A DNA stretch of 64,000 nt, taken from Octopus sinensis (lineage: Eukaryota). The stretch covers positions 44,082,001 to 44,146,000 of the forward strand of contig NC_042997.1 in assembly GCF_006345805.1 (NCBI RefSeq), in the 5' to 3' direction. Under the pieces are notes generated by a model. That model saw only the letters and a list, made by a program, of their open reading frames with translations. It did no database searches and was not told the DNA's origin. Position numbers and translations under genes: made by a program. Shown here in pieces: positions 1-12,349 of this stretch (the first letter of the stretch is position 1; each line of letters begins with the position of its first letter).

Positions 1-229
1 TCTTGAAAGGAATTAAAGGAGATAAGGGAGTGGATAGGAAATAAGTTGTAAAATATGAGGAAATATTTTTGAAACAAGAAATATATAAAAAATTTAGAAA
101 TATTGACTGTAAGATGTTACAACGATGAATGTGTAAATATACATCCTTGTATAATCATATGTTTAATATATTTGCAATCTAAATTTCTGATATGCTTCTT
201 ACTTTAAAATAGGCATTGGGTTGTCAGGT

Positions 230-456
230 AAACTCTACTCTTACTCTCTCTTTTACTCTTTTACTTGTTTCAGTCATTTGCCTGCAGCCATGCTGGAGCA
301 CTGCCTTTAGTCGAGCAAATCGACCCTGGGACTTATTTTTTGTAAGCCCAGTACTTATTCTATCGATCTCTTTTGTTGAACCGCTAAGTGACGGGGACGT
401 AAACACACCAGCATCGGTTGTCAAGCAATGCTAGGGGGACAAACACAGACACACAA

Positions 457-507
<51 letters not shown>

Positions 508-672
508 TACGACAGGCTTCTTTCAGTTTCCGTCTACCAAATCCACTCACAAGGCATTGGTCGGCCCGGGGCTATAGCAGAAGACACTTGCCCAAGATGC
601 CACGCAGTGGGACTGAACCCGGAACCATGTGGTTGGTTAGCAAGCTACTTACCACACAGCCACTCCTGCGCC
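230..672 (-). mobile_element. tRNA-derived SINE, family 1 (octopus OK/OR-type), full length
   Basis: Minus strand begins GGCGCAGGAGTGGCTGTGTGGTAAG with a B-box-like GGTTCAGTCCC, has an internal (TA/CA) microsatellite, and ends in an AAAAGAGT-type tail. Near-identical copies recur across the window. Confidence 0.88.
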
Positions 673-734
673 TTCATTTTTTTCTTTTCATTTATTTTAA
701 TCCTTATTTTTCGTTGATTATTTTAACAAATCAG

Positions 735-905
735 TCAGTAATATATTTCCCTTTATTGTTCATGAGCTCTTTCCAATGGTCCACCAGCTTGTCAATACCT
801 TGATGGTAGAAACCACTGGGTCTTGACTTGAAGAATTCATTGTGCCATGTTTTCAGCTCCACATCGTTGTTGAATGTAACAGACTGTTGGAGAGTCATTA
901 TTTTC
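735..905 (-). pseudogene. mariner transposase C-terminal fragment
   Basis: Minus strand reads SVTFNNDVELKTWHNEFFKSRPSGFYHQGIDKLVDHWKELMNNKGEYITD*, a typical mariner C-terminus (FY..GI.KL..RW). Confidence 0.7.
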
Positions 906-962
906 TCTGCTTCATATTGATGTATATAACAGCACTTTCATAGCCAGTGATGATAATAATAA

Positions 963-1460
963 CATAATAATAATAATAATAATGAAATTATTGTATACAG
1001 TGCTCAGGTGCACCACAATTGTCAGAAAGTGCATATAAAGTGCACATGCAGTAATGTAGAAATGTCTGGAAAGCGAACAATGTATGAGTCAGATACATGC
1101 TTGTGTGTGTATGGAGGGGAGAAAATCAAGTGTAGTGTTGGCGAATCTCAGGAAGCATGGAAGTTTTGAAGGATGCAGTGCTCCGACAACTAACAACTGA
1201 TGCCGGCAGTTTGTTCCATGCTTCAGCAACTCTCAGCGTGGAAAAATGTTTCCTGAAGTCATGGGAGCTGTGCTGTTTTCTTACTTTGTAAATATGTCCA
1301 CGGGTATTAGACAGGTGGAGTTTGAAAAGGTGCTCAGAGTTATTGTTTGTACGATGGTTGATAATTTTATGGGTGTCTGCCAAGTCAGCTGCCAGACGTC
1401 GGAGTTTCAATGTGTCCATGCCCAGGGAAGTAAGGCGTTCAGGATGTAGTATGATGTAGT
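963..1460 (-). mobile_element. CR1-group LINE 3' fragment with (ATT)n tail
   Basis: ORF 1126-1560 contains RLTSLGMDTLKLRRLAADL...SNTRGH..KVRKQHSSHDFRKHF..LRVAEAWNKLP, a CR1/L2-type C-terminus. Homologous copies lie at 20392-20735 and 27048-27650. Confidence 0.82.
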
Positions 1461-1791
1461 AAAGAAATCTGTTTCCACATGTAACCTGGTATTGCATAAG
1501 CAAACTGACAGTGAAAGAGGGGTACTGGAATTTGTCTATTTTGTTCAGATTGCATGGCAACCATGCATGGAATGTGTGTGTGTGTGTGTTTGTTTATATT
1601 TGCACTCGTCCACAAATTATTGAGATAGAAGTAGTAATATTGTTCCTAATTCTCTTGTCAACAAATCATCTCACTTGAAAAAAGGTAAGGGTGAGCAACA
1701 GGAAGAGCATCAGTGTGTTAAATAAGGCCTAAATCATATGTCTGTCATGGTAGCAAAGAAAAAGGGGTAAAACAAACTAATGATGTACTAC

Positions 1792-1828
<37 letters not shown>

Positions 1829-1830
1829 AA

Positions 1831-3052
1831 TCATCATCATCATCATCGTTTAGCGTCCGCTTTCCATGCTAGCATGGGTTGGACGGGTCAACTGGGGTCT
1901 GTGAAGCTGGAAGGCTTCGTCAGGCCCAGTCAGATCTGGCAGTGTTTCTACGGCTGGATGCCCTTCCTAATGCCAACCACTCCGCGAGTGTAGTGGGTGT
2001 TTTTTACGTGCCACCTGCACAGGTGCCAGACAGAGCTGGCGAACGGCCACGAACGGATGGTGCTTTTACGTGTCACCGGCACGGGGCCAGGCGATGCTGG
2101 CAACGGACACGAACGGATGGTGCTTTTACGTGCCACCGACACGAGGCCAGACAGAGCTGGCAAACGGCCACGAACGGACGGTGCTTTTACGTGTCACCAG
2201 CACGGGGGCCAGCCGAGGCTGGCAACGGATGCGAACGGATGGTGCTTTTACGTGCCACCGACACGGTTGCCAGACAGAGCTGGCAAACGGCCACGAGCGG
2301 ACGGTGCTTTTACGTGTCACCGGCACGGGGGCCAGCCGAGGCTGGCAACGGATGCGAACGGATGGTGCTTTTACGTGCCACCGACACGGTTGCCAGACAG
2401 AGCTGGCAAACGGCCACGAGCGGACGGTGCTTTTACGTGTCACCGGCACGGGGGCCAGCCGTGGCTGGCAACGGACACGAATGGATGGTGCTTTTATGTG
2501 CCACCGACACGGGGCCAGACAGAGCTGGCAAACGGCCACGAACGGATGGTGCTTTTACGTGCCACCGACACGGGGCCAGACAGAGCTGGCAAACGGCCAG
2601 GAACGGACAGTGCTTTTACGTGTCACCGGCACGGGACCAGGCGAGGCTGGCAACGAACACGAACGGATGGTGCTTTTACGTGCTGGCAAACGGCCACGAG
2701 CGAATGGTGCTTTTACGTATCACCGGCACGGGTGCCAGACGAAGCTGACAGCGGACACAAACGGATGGGTCACTTAACCCCTGCTTTCTGATATATGATT
2801 TGATTTTGATTGTTCTCACTGGTTTTGCCGGGTCTTCTCACGCACAGCATACTTTCATAGGTCTCGGTCTCTGGTCATTTCCTTGGTGAGACCTAGAGTT
2901 CGAAGGTCGTGCTTCACCACCTCGACCCAGGTTTTCCTGGGTCTACCTCTTCCACAGGTCCCCTCAACTGCCAGGGTGTGGCACTTTTTCACACACCTAT
3001 CTTCATCCATTCTCACCACATGACCATACCAGCGCAATCGTCTCTCTTGCAG
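1831..3052 (-). mobile_element. RTE LINE 3' fragment with expanded 3' UTR tandem array
   Basis: C-terminal ORF 2855-3037 (RWYGHVVRM...GRGRPRKTW) plus a (GAT)n tail. Shares its 3' end with the long copy at 45341-48401. Confidence 0.9.
1990..2765. repeat. Tandem array of about 13 monomers of 61-62 bp, partly as a 123-bp A/B dimer
   Basis: Recurring GGTGCTTTTACGTG(T/C)CACC core. The 41-aa periodicity in ORF 1879-2748 corresponds to 123 nt. Confidence 0.9.
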
Positions 3053-3249
3053 ACACGGGTGAAAATGAGGGTGAAAAATTGATATTAATTTAATAATACC
3101 ATTAATTTAACACCGAGTGGCTTAGCACAAAAAACTAGGGAGAAAATAGAAATTTATACATAAATTATTAGAGAGTTACCACTATGTGGATAGCTCTAGT
3201 GCTAAAAATAGCTCCGATAGTATAGCCATAGAAATGATGTTTCCATATA

Positions 3250-3670
3250 AGCACAGGTATGACTATGTGGTTAAGAAGTTTGCTTCCCAGCCACATGGTT
3301 ACTGGTTCAGTCCCACTGCACAGCACCTTGGGTAAGTGTTTTCTACTATAGCTCCAGGCTGACAAAAGTCATGTTTGTGGATTTGGTTGATAGAAACTGA
3401 AAGAAGCCTGTCATATACACACATATATGTCTATATGTGTGTATGCTTATGTCTCTTTGTCTTGGCATCACATGTTAGCTGTCACTTATAAGCAGTGTCA
3501 TTCATTTCCAATATTTTATGGAAATCTGTCAGGCCATGGGGAAATATCACCTGGCTTGGTGACAGGTGAGTCTTGGTGACAGTAATGACATCCAGCCTTA
3601 GAAAATCTGTCTCAGTAAACTCCATCTGACCCATGCAAATATGGAGAAGAGGACATTAAAATGATGATTG
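3250..3670 (+). mobile_element. Degenerate SINE: tRNA-like head plus RTE-type tail
   Basis: Head resembles family 1 (tgtggttaagaagtttgcttcc...ggttcagtcccactgc). The 3' end GACCCATGC...GGACATTAAAATGATGA resembles the RTE tail. Confidence 0.6.
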
Positions 3671-5080
3671 AAACATGCGTGGATGCATGCATGTCTAAGT
3701 AGTTCAGAAGTTTGCATTGCAATCACGAGTACTTCTGTTCAGTTACATTGCATGACGTATTGGGAGTGTATCTTTCAATCTACTTTCAGATTTTGTTTAT
3801 CATATCCAGTCACAAGGCTTTGGTTCGCTTGGGGGCTAATGACAGAAATTGAAAATCACTACTTGTAGTTAGTGATGAAAATTAGCCAAAGAAAACTGCA
3901 ATTTTGCATTTCAAAATTCTTGAATGATTTGTGGTACTGTGCAGTGGAAGTGAACCCAGACCATTTGGTTAAGAAGCGAACTTCTTAGCCATACAGTCCT
4001 TTCCACCACATGTATATAATAACCAGTACTAAAGATTATAAATGATAGCTTAGGATGCATACATACCTGTGCATGCATGAGAATGTCCAGATGGAAGGCT
4101 GATGATTTCTAGATTGTTGTGACATAGTTTGAAGAATGCATGTCAGCTCTGTGACAAAATGTTTACTTTAGAGAAGATGAAATATCTACAAGCGGAGACT
4201 TGACAGGTGACGCAATGTGCAAAAGACAAGAATACAATGTTGTTTGCAAAGGAGATTTATTCCTTTCTTTCTATTCTTTTGCTGGTTTAACCTGTTGGAC
4301 TACAGCCAGGATGGGGCTCTGTCTGCAAAGGAACCTATTGATCCCAGTGCATGTGCTTCTGAGTTGGGCACCTATTTTATTTGTTACTATTTGCTGAACC
4401 ACTACATCATGGAACATAACTAAACAGCAACAGCTGCTTAAGTATAAATGTAAAAACAAAAATCACACACAGCACACTCACACAGACACATGCACCCGTG
4501 CGTGCGTGCGTGTGTATGTGCGTGTTTGTGCGTGCTTTCATGCATTTACCATCTGCCAAATTTCACCCTCACAGCATTGCTTAACCTGAGGCTGGAGAGG
4601 AAAACATTTCTACTTCATCTGGTGGCTGCAAGAAAGTGCCCTGAGTAATCATCGTTTCTATTTCTGTTTAAATGACCAAAAGGTAACTCAACAGACTACT
4701 AACTTGTTGCTGATTGGCTAAAGTAATGCATGTGACAATGGTGCAGCTAAACTGATCAACACAAGGTCACTCTTTCATAACATTGCTGGTGACTTGACCC
4801 TTTAACTGTAGAAATCAGAGACAACCATTCAAAATTTCATTAGCCTTTACTGCAGAAAGCACCTTTATATACTAGTCTAGCTTTTGTTGAGGGGGTCATG
4901 ATTGAAACTATTTTTTGTTGGGATATATCAGGTTTATTGAAGCAACATGACTTGCAGAAAATACAAATTCTGTTTCTTGGTAGATATTTACCATCATTAC
5001 AAGAATACCTATGAAACTTAATTTTGCATTTATATACAGTAGAGACAAAAGAATTTCTGGAAGGAATGGATGTATATGTG

Positions 5081-5595
5081 GTCATCATCATCATCACCAT
5101 CATCTCTGTTTAACGTCTGTTGTCCATACTAGCGTGGGTTGGACGGTTTGACCAGAGCTGGTGAGTCGGGGTGTTGCACCAGACTCCAGTCTGATTTGGT
5201 ATGGTTTCTGCAGCTGGATGCCCTTCCTAATGCCGACCACTTTATGAAGTGTTTTGGGTGCTTATATGTGGCACTGCACAGGTGCTTTTATGTGGTGCCA
5301 CATGGACACTTTTACATGACTCCACATGGATGCTCTTATGTGATGCCACATGGGAATACTTACGTGATGCCAAATGAGCGCACTTACGTGACACTGCACA
5401 GGTGCTTTTATGTAGCACCACCATGGGTGCTTTATACAACCAGAAGGATCAGTCTTAACACTTCTGCTGCAGGGTATGGGTATTCTTGAGTACAGCCAGG
5501 CACCAGGTGTCTTGGTTCTTTGTCATCTCACCTGAAAGGTTCAGCTTCCTGAGGTTGTTTTCAGTGCTTCATCCCATGTCTTCCTGAGTCTCCCA
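5081..5595 (-). mobile_element. RTE 3' UTR/tail fragment with degenerate internal repeats
   Basis: (CAT)n followed by TTTAACGTC...CAGCTGGATGCCCTTCCTAATGCC, the same tail as the other RTE copies. Confidence 0.75.
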
Positions 5596-6059
5596 CTTTT
5601 ACATGTTAGACCAAGTTACCACTACTGTCATCACCAAAATAACTACCTCTAAATATTGTTATAATCACAACATCATCACCACCATAACCACTGCCACCTG
5701 CACCATGAAGAGCACCACTAACAAAACCTACATTAAACCAATGAGAGTTGCTCTACATGGTCTCTGGTTCTGCTGGAAATTGTATACAAATCTTCATCAA
5801 ATTACTTGCCAACCACCTTAAAAAAAACAAGTGACTCGATAATCTAGTCCTATACCACTTTTCAAAAGTAAAGACCACATGGTCACCTCTGGAATGGTTT
5901 TGACATAAATGAGTCTCAACTTTGTAGACCTTGCACAAAATAACAGCACCACAGCATCATTTATAAATGAAGAGAGATGCGCTTTGTCAGGTTGACTTGT
6001 CCTTTCACTACTTGAAAATGAAACTTTTTATAAGGTTCTAAAAGACCATTTAGGTTTAA

Positions 6060-6278
6060 CCCTTTAGTGTTCAGATTATTCTATCAAACATAATGCTTAT
6101 TGATTCCCATTGATTTGAATTAATCATGCATTATCTCATATCTTCAAGATCTTGATGGTGTAATTACTTAATGTAGAATAACATTGTAGGGTAGGTGTGA
6201 GAGCCTGGATCTGGTCAGTTTGAACATAAAACAGATTAAATATTTTGGCCGGATATGGCCGGTTTAAATACTAAAAGG
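6060..6278. mobile_element. piggyBac-like MITE
   Basis: TTAA|CCCTTTAGT ... ACTAAAAGG|TTAA termini. A homologous copy lies at 26367-26570. Confidence 0.65.
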
Positions 6279-6315
6279 TTAAAAGACTCTTTTAGTTCCA
6301 TTTTCATGTTATATA

Positions 6316-6699
6316 TCTCTCTCTATATAAACGGCAGTTTGTCTGTGTGTGTGTCTGTGTGTCTGTTAGGTTGTACCCTCACCCTGACCACGGCTTTCAA
6401 CCGATTCTGATGAAACTTGACACACACATAGCCCAATGTCATAATTCAAAACTAACGCAGCTAAAATTTTGAAAAGTTCCCCCAGTTCTGAAAAAAATCG
6501 ATAAATTCGACATGGGGTCGAGAATCAGAAACACAAACCACAGACTGTCTAGGGGACGCAACTCGACCTTTTTAACTCTCAAAAAAAATTTACCATAATT
6601 TTTTTTCCATTTTTTTGCTACTTTTTGGCTATAACTCTCTAAAAATTCTTTATAGTTATTTCCCTTACAAACCCGAGCAACACCGGGCGATACTGCTAG
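6316..6699 (+). mobile_element. Non-autonomous Helitron-like element
   Basis: 5' TC after A, 3' CTAG before T, and a subterminal hairpin CCCGAGCAACACCGGG. The same 3' end occurs at 16462, 37779 and 41973. Confidence 0.7.
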
Positions 6700-6745
6700 T
6701 CTCTAGCTAAAATAGAAATAATGGTTCTTCTTGTTGCTTTTTTAG

Positions 6746-6862
6746 ATTTATTTATTGGCTGCACCACCCAGCATCTTCACATGGGCAACCTTCAGGCTCC
6801 ACATGTACATGTTGTCTGGGGCACCGTTGGCCTTGTTCTTCCCAGTAATCAACACTCGATTG
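6746..6862 (+). CDS. TMEM164: TMEM164 orthologue, internal coding exon (117 nt, phase 0/0)
   Basis: Flanked by tttttag and gtaagt. Translates IYLLAAPPSIFTWATFRLHMYMLSGAPLALFFPVINTRL, matching vertebrate TMEM164 IFLLACPP...[24 protein letters not shown] as I recall it. Confidence 0.93.
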
Positions 6863-7834
6863 GTAAGTTTGTTCTTTTTTCTTTTCTTTTTTTGTATTCG
6901 TATTTATTTAGCTGACGTCTGTGTCACTCTTCGGAACTGACTAACCACATACTTTTATCATGCATATTGTGACTCACCACACCATAGTCTCTCACTAGTA
7001 ACTTTTTCTTTCATTCCTTTTGTAGAAACTCTATGGAATTCCCTCTCCGCCACTGTTTTTCCTTCAGATAACAGCATAGGTATATACTTAAGCAAACCTG
7101 AAACAAACTTGATCTCACTGGTTCTGGAGATCTTGCTCTGATCACAAGCATAACACGTTGTTCTGACTAAGCCATCAAAAATAACAATAAAAAATGGATA
7201 TTTTCTTTACAAATATTGGCTTTGTGCCTTGAAAAAAGAAACTATTTTTACTAATGAACTGGAAGTGAGGAGTTGGAATGCTGTAGTGTTTTGTTCAGTT
7301 TCTCCATGGTTTTAGGTTCAAAACCTACCATGCTTAACTTTGCCTTGGATAATTATCCCAGTGGATATTGATAAATCAATATCAGTAAACATTGTTATCA
7401 TTGTTTTAACGTCCGCTTTTCTGTGCCTGCATGGATTGCATGGAACTTATTGAGGGAGATTTTCTATGACCAGGTATCTTTCTCGTTTCCAAGTAAAGTA
7501 ATATTTCCCCATGACCAAACATATTTTCATGGAAAATTGGAAACGAAGGACAATACTCAATGAAGGTGAAACTCATTTACAGCTATCACATGATGTCGAA
7601 ACAAAGAGACATCGACTGACACACACACACTTTCAGTTTCTCTCACTCAAATCCACTGACAAGGCTTTGGTTGGCCAGGAGCTATGTAGTAGGGACTGAA
7701 CCCAAAGCAATGTGATTGGGAAGCAAGCTCCTTAATCACACAGCCATGCCTGTGCCTCTATGGTGCTATCCATATGGATCAGTGTAAACCTGTCTCTCTG
7801 TCATAACAGGCTGTGTGACTAGAGCAAAGATACC

Positions 7835-8067
7835 TATTTCTTTACTACCCACAAGGGGCTAAACATAGAGGGGACAAACAAGGACAGACATAGGTATTAA
7901 GTCGATTACATCGACCCCAGTGCGTAACTGGTACTTAATTTATCGACCCCGAAAGGATGAAAGGCAAAGTCGACCTCGGCGGAATTTGAACTCACAACGT
8001 AACAGCAGACGAAATACCGCTAAGCATTTCGCCCAGCGTGCTAACGTTTCTGCCAGCTCGCCGCCTT
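7835..8067 (-). mobile_element. tRNA-derived SINE, family 2 (GGCGGCGAGCTGGCAG head), with 19-bp TSD
   Basis: TGACTAGAGCAAAGATACC is duplicated at 7816-7834 and 8068-8086. The central CCTTTCGGGGTCGATAAATTAAGTACCAG motif is shared with copies at 49150 and 60986. Confidence 0.9.
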
Positions 8068-9984
8068 TGACTAGAGCAAAGATACCACTACATCATCTTC
8101 ATTCATTTAATGTCTACTCTTCCCTGTGGTAATGTATCAGATGAGAGTAAATTGAGGCAGGGTTTTCTACAGCCATTTTGTTTCCAAATGAGGTAGTAAC
8201 ATCCCAGTCTATTGAACAGCGAGCATCCTGGACTGGTTTTTATGGAGAACTGGAAACAATGACACCATATGTATGAGCCTTTTGTTTACAGAGAATACAT
8301 GTCAAGTAGCCTAGACCTGCTTTCATAGTCACTGCAAGCAGTGAGCACATGTGGAGACATGGGGGAACATAAACTTTCTCTCACGCACACATACTTGCAT
8401 GTGCACACATGCATACACATGCATGTGCACACACACACGTGTGTGCACACATACACACTCACATACGTGCACATGTGCACACATACACACTCACATACAT
8501 GTGCATGTTTGCACGCATACATATACAGGATGGGCTTCTTTCAGTTTCCATCTCCTAAATCCATTCACAGGACTTTGGTCAGCACATGGTACCATATAGA
8601 GGGACTTAACCCCAAACAACATGGTTGGGGAACAAACTTTTTGACCCCTCAGTCAAGCCTGCACCTATTTATACAATATCGTAATAAAAGGAAGTTGTAA
8701 ATTATTGTATTCTGTAAATAATTGTAAGTAAATAATTGTCTTCAGTTTTATACAACACAAAATAATTTTATCTTGCTAACAAATTTCACTGAATCCCCAA
8801 ACCTTTGAAATTGAAGTACCTCATTATTGAATTTTGAATCTTTTTATAATAATTGTATTGTAAGTGAGTGAGGTTTTTGTGTGTCTCTGACTAACAACAG
8901 AAGTTGCTTCATACAAAATGTGCTGAAAGCAAAAAAAGAAAACCTTAGAAATTAAAAATACTTATTTGCAGAAAAAGCATTAACTCAATGACTCTTACCA
9001 AGATTAGATTAAAACAATATTATTCATTGTGTTAATGTTTTTCTTCCATTCATGACTTAAGTATTTTTAATTTAGATTTTTTTTAGTACTTCTTCACATT
9101 AGGTATACTGGCCCTAAGTTGATTATATTTGGGTAATTTCATTCAGCCATTTACAACAAAAGGGTTAATAGCTCTTCATATTGTATTACCTTGCCTTACC
9201 TTACCTTGTCTAGGTTGCTCAGCTCTAGATAAAGTCAAAGGAATTATATGTGGCATCATGGACATTTCAAAACTGGTAGAAGCCATCTCTTGACCCTAGC
9301 CAATTCTGCTTTCTCCTCCTTTAGAGAAAGAAAGAAGGATAATGGAAATAAGAGGCTGAGAGATGGAAGAAAAAAGAAAGGAGAATTAGCTCCATATTGC
9401 ACTGGTTCTTTATTTATGAAACCCCAAAGGATAAAATGCAGTTTGCCACAGCAGGATTTGAACTTGGAGTGCAGAGCACTTGTTCTAATGTTCTAACAAC
9501 TCTATTACTCTATGATGTCCAGGATCAAGATACTTTAACTAGCATCAATAGATACACTGGATTGATACAACTTTCTGTTTTAAGTAACAGGAGGATTGTA
9601 TTGTAATTAGTGTGTTGGATAGCTTGCAGTGATGGATTCAAGTTCTCCTGGATGAGAGTTTTGCAGGATACTAGTATAACACATACTCATCCTCAAACTA
9701 GCATCACCATTTTCACGGTCAGCATTAATTTAATCATGGCTTTGCTTTTGACTACAGGTTGTGTATGCTTGTTGCTGAACAACAATCCTTCCTACATTAA
9801 ACTTATCATTCAATGGCAATGATAACAGATGGACACTAAAAAAAATAAAGATAAAATTAAAAAAAACAGCATTCAAGAGATTTTTAGTCTAATCAAACTT
9901 TTGAATTTAGTTTCTACTTTAAAATGTTAATAATGAATTTTTTTTTAATTAAATTTGTCTTTTTTTTTTTCTTTAAATTTTAAG

Positions 9985-10063
9985 TTGGTGTTTGAAAAAG
10001 AAGTCTACTACTTACAACATACTTTAATGTTGATTGTTCCAATCTATCTTCTGAGATTGGGAG
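9985..10063 (+). CDS. TMEM164: TMEM164 orthologue, internal coding exon (79 nt, phase 0/1)
   Basis: Long T tract, then aag acceptor and gtaagt donor. Translates LVFEKEVYYLQHTLMLIVPIYLLRLG(G), compare [27 protein letters not shown]. In frame with the previous exon. Confidence 0.93.
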
Positions 10064-10540
10064 GTAAGTTATTTCTTGATAACAATTTGTGTGTTATTTC
10101 TACAGTATTTGTGTTGTGGTTATTCAGCTCCAAATCAGTCCTGACCAAGCAGATATAAGATGAAATAGTTACCAGGAAGCTATAGTAGAGTGCACCTGCC
10201 CAAGGCGCTGTGCAATGAGACTGGTCTCAAAATCCCATGGTTGAGAAGTTCACTTCTCAACCATACAACCATTCCTGCACAGGGTATCTCTGTCTCCGTG
10301 CTGGAAATCAGACCTGGGATACTTGGGTGAAAGTCAGAAAGCCTTACCATTAAAACTGTGCATGTGTGTATGTGTGTGTGTGTATGCATGTGTGTGTGTG
10401 AGAGAGAGAGAGGAAAGAGATTGTTTGTATGATATATTACTCCCATAATGTTGTTAAAGTGACTACAAATCTTGAAGTAATCAACTGCTACTACATCAAG
10501 AAGGTCTTTATGCTGTAAATGAACTACTGGAAGAAATTGA

Positions 10541-11846
10541 ATCTACACTCTGGAGTAAAGATAGGTAGTAATATGAAGGAGCTTTGAAGGACAAGTACTT
10601 ACTAGAACTTTGGTCTTTGCTACATTGACTCTAAGGCCTTTTGATTCTAAACCTAGCTTCCACACCCAAAATTTCTTTTCTAGTTCCGATAGTGATTCCA
10701 CTATGAGGGCCAGGTCATCAGCATAGAGGAGCTCCCAGGGGCAACCCGTCTTGAATTCCTCTGTTATTGCCTGGAGGACTATGATGAATAAAAGAGGACT
10801 GAGGGCTGAACCTTGGTGGATCCCTACTTCTACCTGGAATTCCTCACTATACTCATTGCCAATCCTAACCTTACTCACAACCTCTCTGTAAAGGGATGTA
10901 CAGCCCTTATTAACCATTCGTCAGTCTCCAGTTTCTGCATCGCCTACCAGATAAGGGATCGGGGGACCCTGTCAAAGGCTTTCTGCAAGTCCACAAAAGC
11001 TAAGTATAGCAGTTTATCTTTAGCGAGGCATTTCTCCTGCAGTTTTCGAACCAGGAATATGACATCAGTGGTGCTTCTACCCAGCACAAAACTGAACTGC
11101 ATCTCATCTAAGCAGATTCTCTCCCTAATAAGATGGGCTATGACCCTCTCCGTGACCTTCATTACCTGATCCAGTAGTTTGATACCCCTGTAGTTATTTC
11201 TATCTAGAGCATCACCTTTACCTTTGTAGCAGTTGACTATGGTGCTGCTACACCAGTCATTGGGTACCTGGTTTACAATGCAGGTGACTAGGCCATAGCC
11301 CACATCACCAGATGTTTTAAGCATCTCAGCAGTGATTCCTGATGGGCTGGGGGCTTTTCCTGGCTTCATACCCTTAGTTGCTTTATCTACTAGGGAGCTC
11401 TCTATTTGGATAGCTGGTCCCTCTACTGGGTCAACATTTGGCAGGCTCCCCTCCTCCCATTCATTCTCCATGTTCAGCAGTCTTTCATAATGGCTTCTCC
11501 AAGCCTCTTTCTTTTCACCATCATCCATGCAGACACATTTCTCTCCTGTGACATCACTATTTTCTCTCACACACTGTCTTGCAATCCAAAATACCTCAGT
11601 TCTTTGGTCCTCACGTCACTGGACATTGGCAAACTTCCTCTTTTCCGCTTCGCTCTTGGTTATGTACACCTGCCACCCAGCCTCCCTTCTGGCTACCTGG
11701 TACAGTTCCCTGCTATCCCACCCTTCCAGGCTTTCCAGGCCTGTTTCTTTACTCTAATGACTTTGTCTACTGTACTATTCCACCACCATGTATCTCTAGG
11801 TCTGGAAAGGACTTTGCATCATCCACAGACTTGGTCTGTGGCACTC
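10541..11846 (-). pseudogene. RTE LINE reverse transcriptase fragment (deleted, frameshifted)
   Basis: ORFs 10944-11570 and 10543-10917 carry NNYRGIKLL, LYLAFVDLQKAFDRVPR, GIHQGSALSPLLF and LLYADDL. Closely similar to ORF 45255-47657. Confidence 0.92.
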
Positions 11847-11860
11847 AGCAAGCTGTCCCA

Positions 11861-11861
<1 letters not shown>

Positions 11862-11896
<35 letters not shown>

Positions 11897-12173
11897 CATA
11901 TGTATATATATATATATATGTATATATGTACATACATACATATATATATATATGTATATGTACATACATACATATATATGTACATATATACATACAATTA
12001 TGAATAATTGTATATTAAATTTCGAGGTACTAGAAGGCATCATCTCAACTCAGTATCAGAGCGAGCTAAAGCTGTTACCAGTATCACCATGTACATACAT
12101 ATATATGTACATATATACATACATATACATATATATATACATATATATATACACACACACATATATATACATG

Positions 12174-12205
<32 letters not shown>

Positions 12206-12214
12206 TATATATAC

Positions 12215-12271
<57 letters not shown>

Positions 12272-12347
12272 CACATACATATATACATACACATACATAT
12301 ATACATACATAAACAAACACACACACACACACATACATACATATATA
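11862..12347. repeat. (TC)n plus compound (TA/CA)n microsatellite, interrupted at about 11998-12090
   Basis: Visible directly. It produces the spurious IYIY/HTHT ORFs. Confidence 0.95.
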
Positions 12348-12349
12348 TG

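Noticed and set aside
230-672. SINE heads as tRNA genes (all families)
   Set aside because: They have A/B-box-like motifs but no complete cloverleaf, and each continues into a SINE body.
1879-2791. Three overlapping 235-289 aa ORFs as a repeat protein gene
   Set aside because: They result from a stop-poor GC-rich tandem array on the antisense strand of an RTE 3' UTR. Similar ORF starts recur at every RTE tail.
4217-4423. ORFs near 4200-4460 as the upstream TMEM164 exon or another gene
   Set aside because: No frame has the expected IYLLNPCH motif, there is no convincing splice pair, and I recognise no homology.
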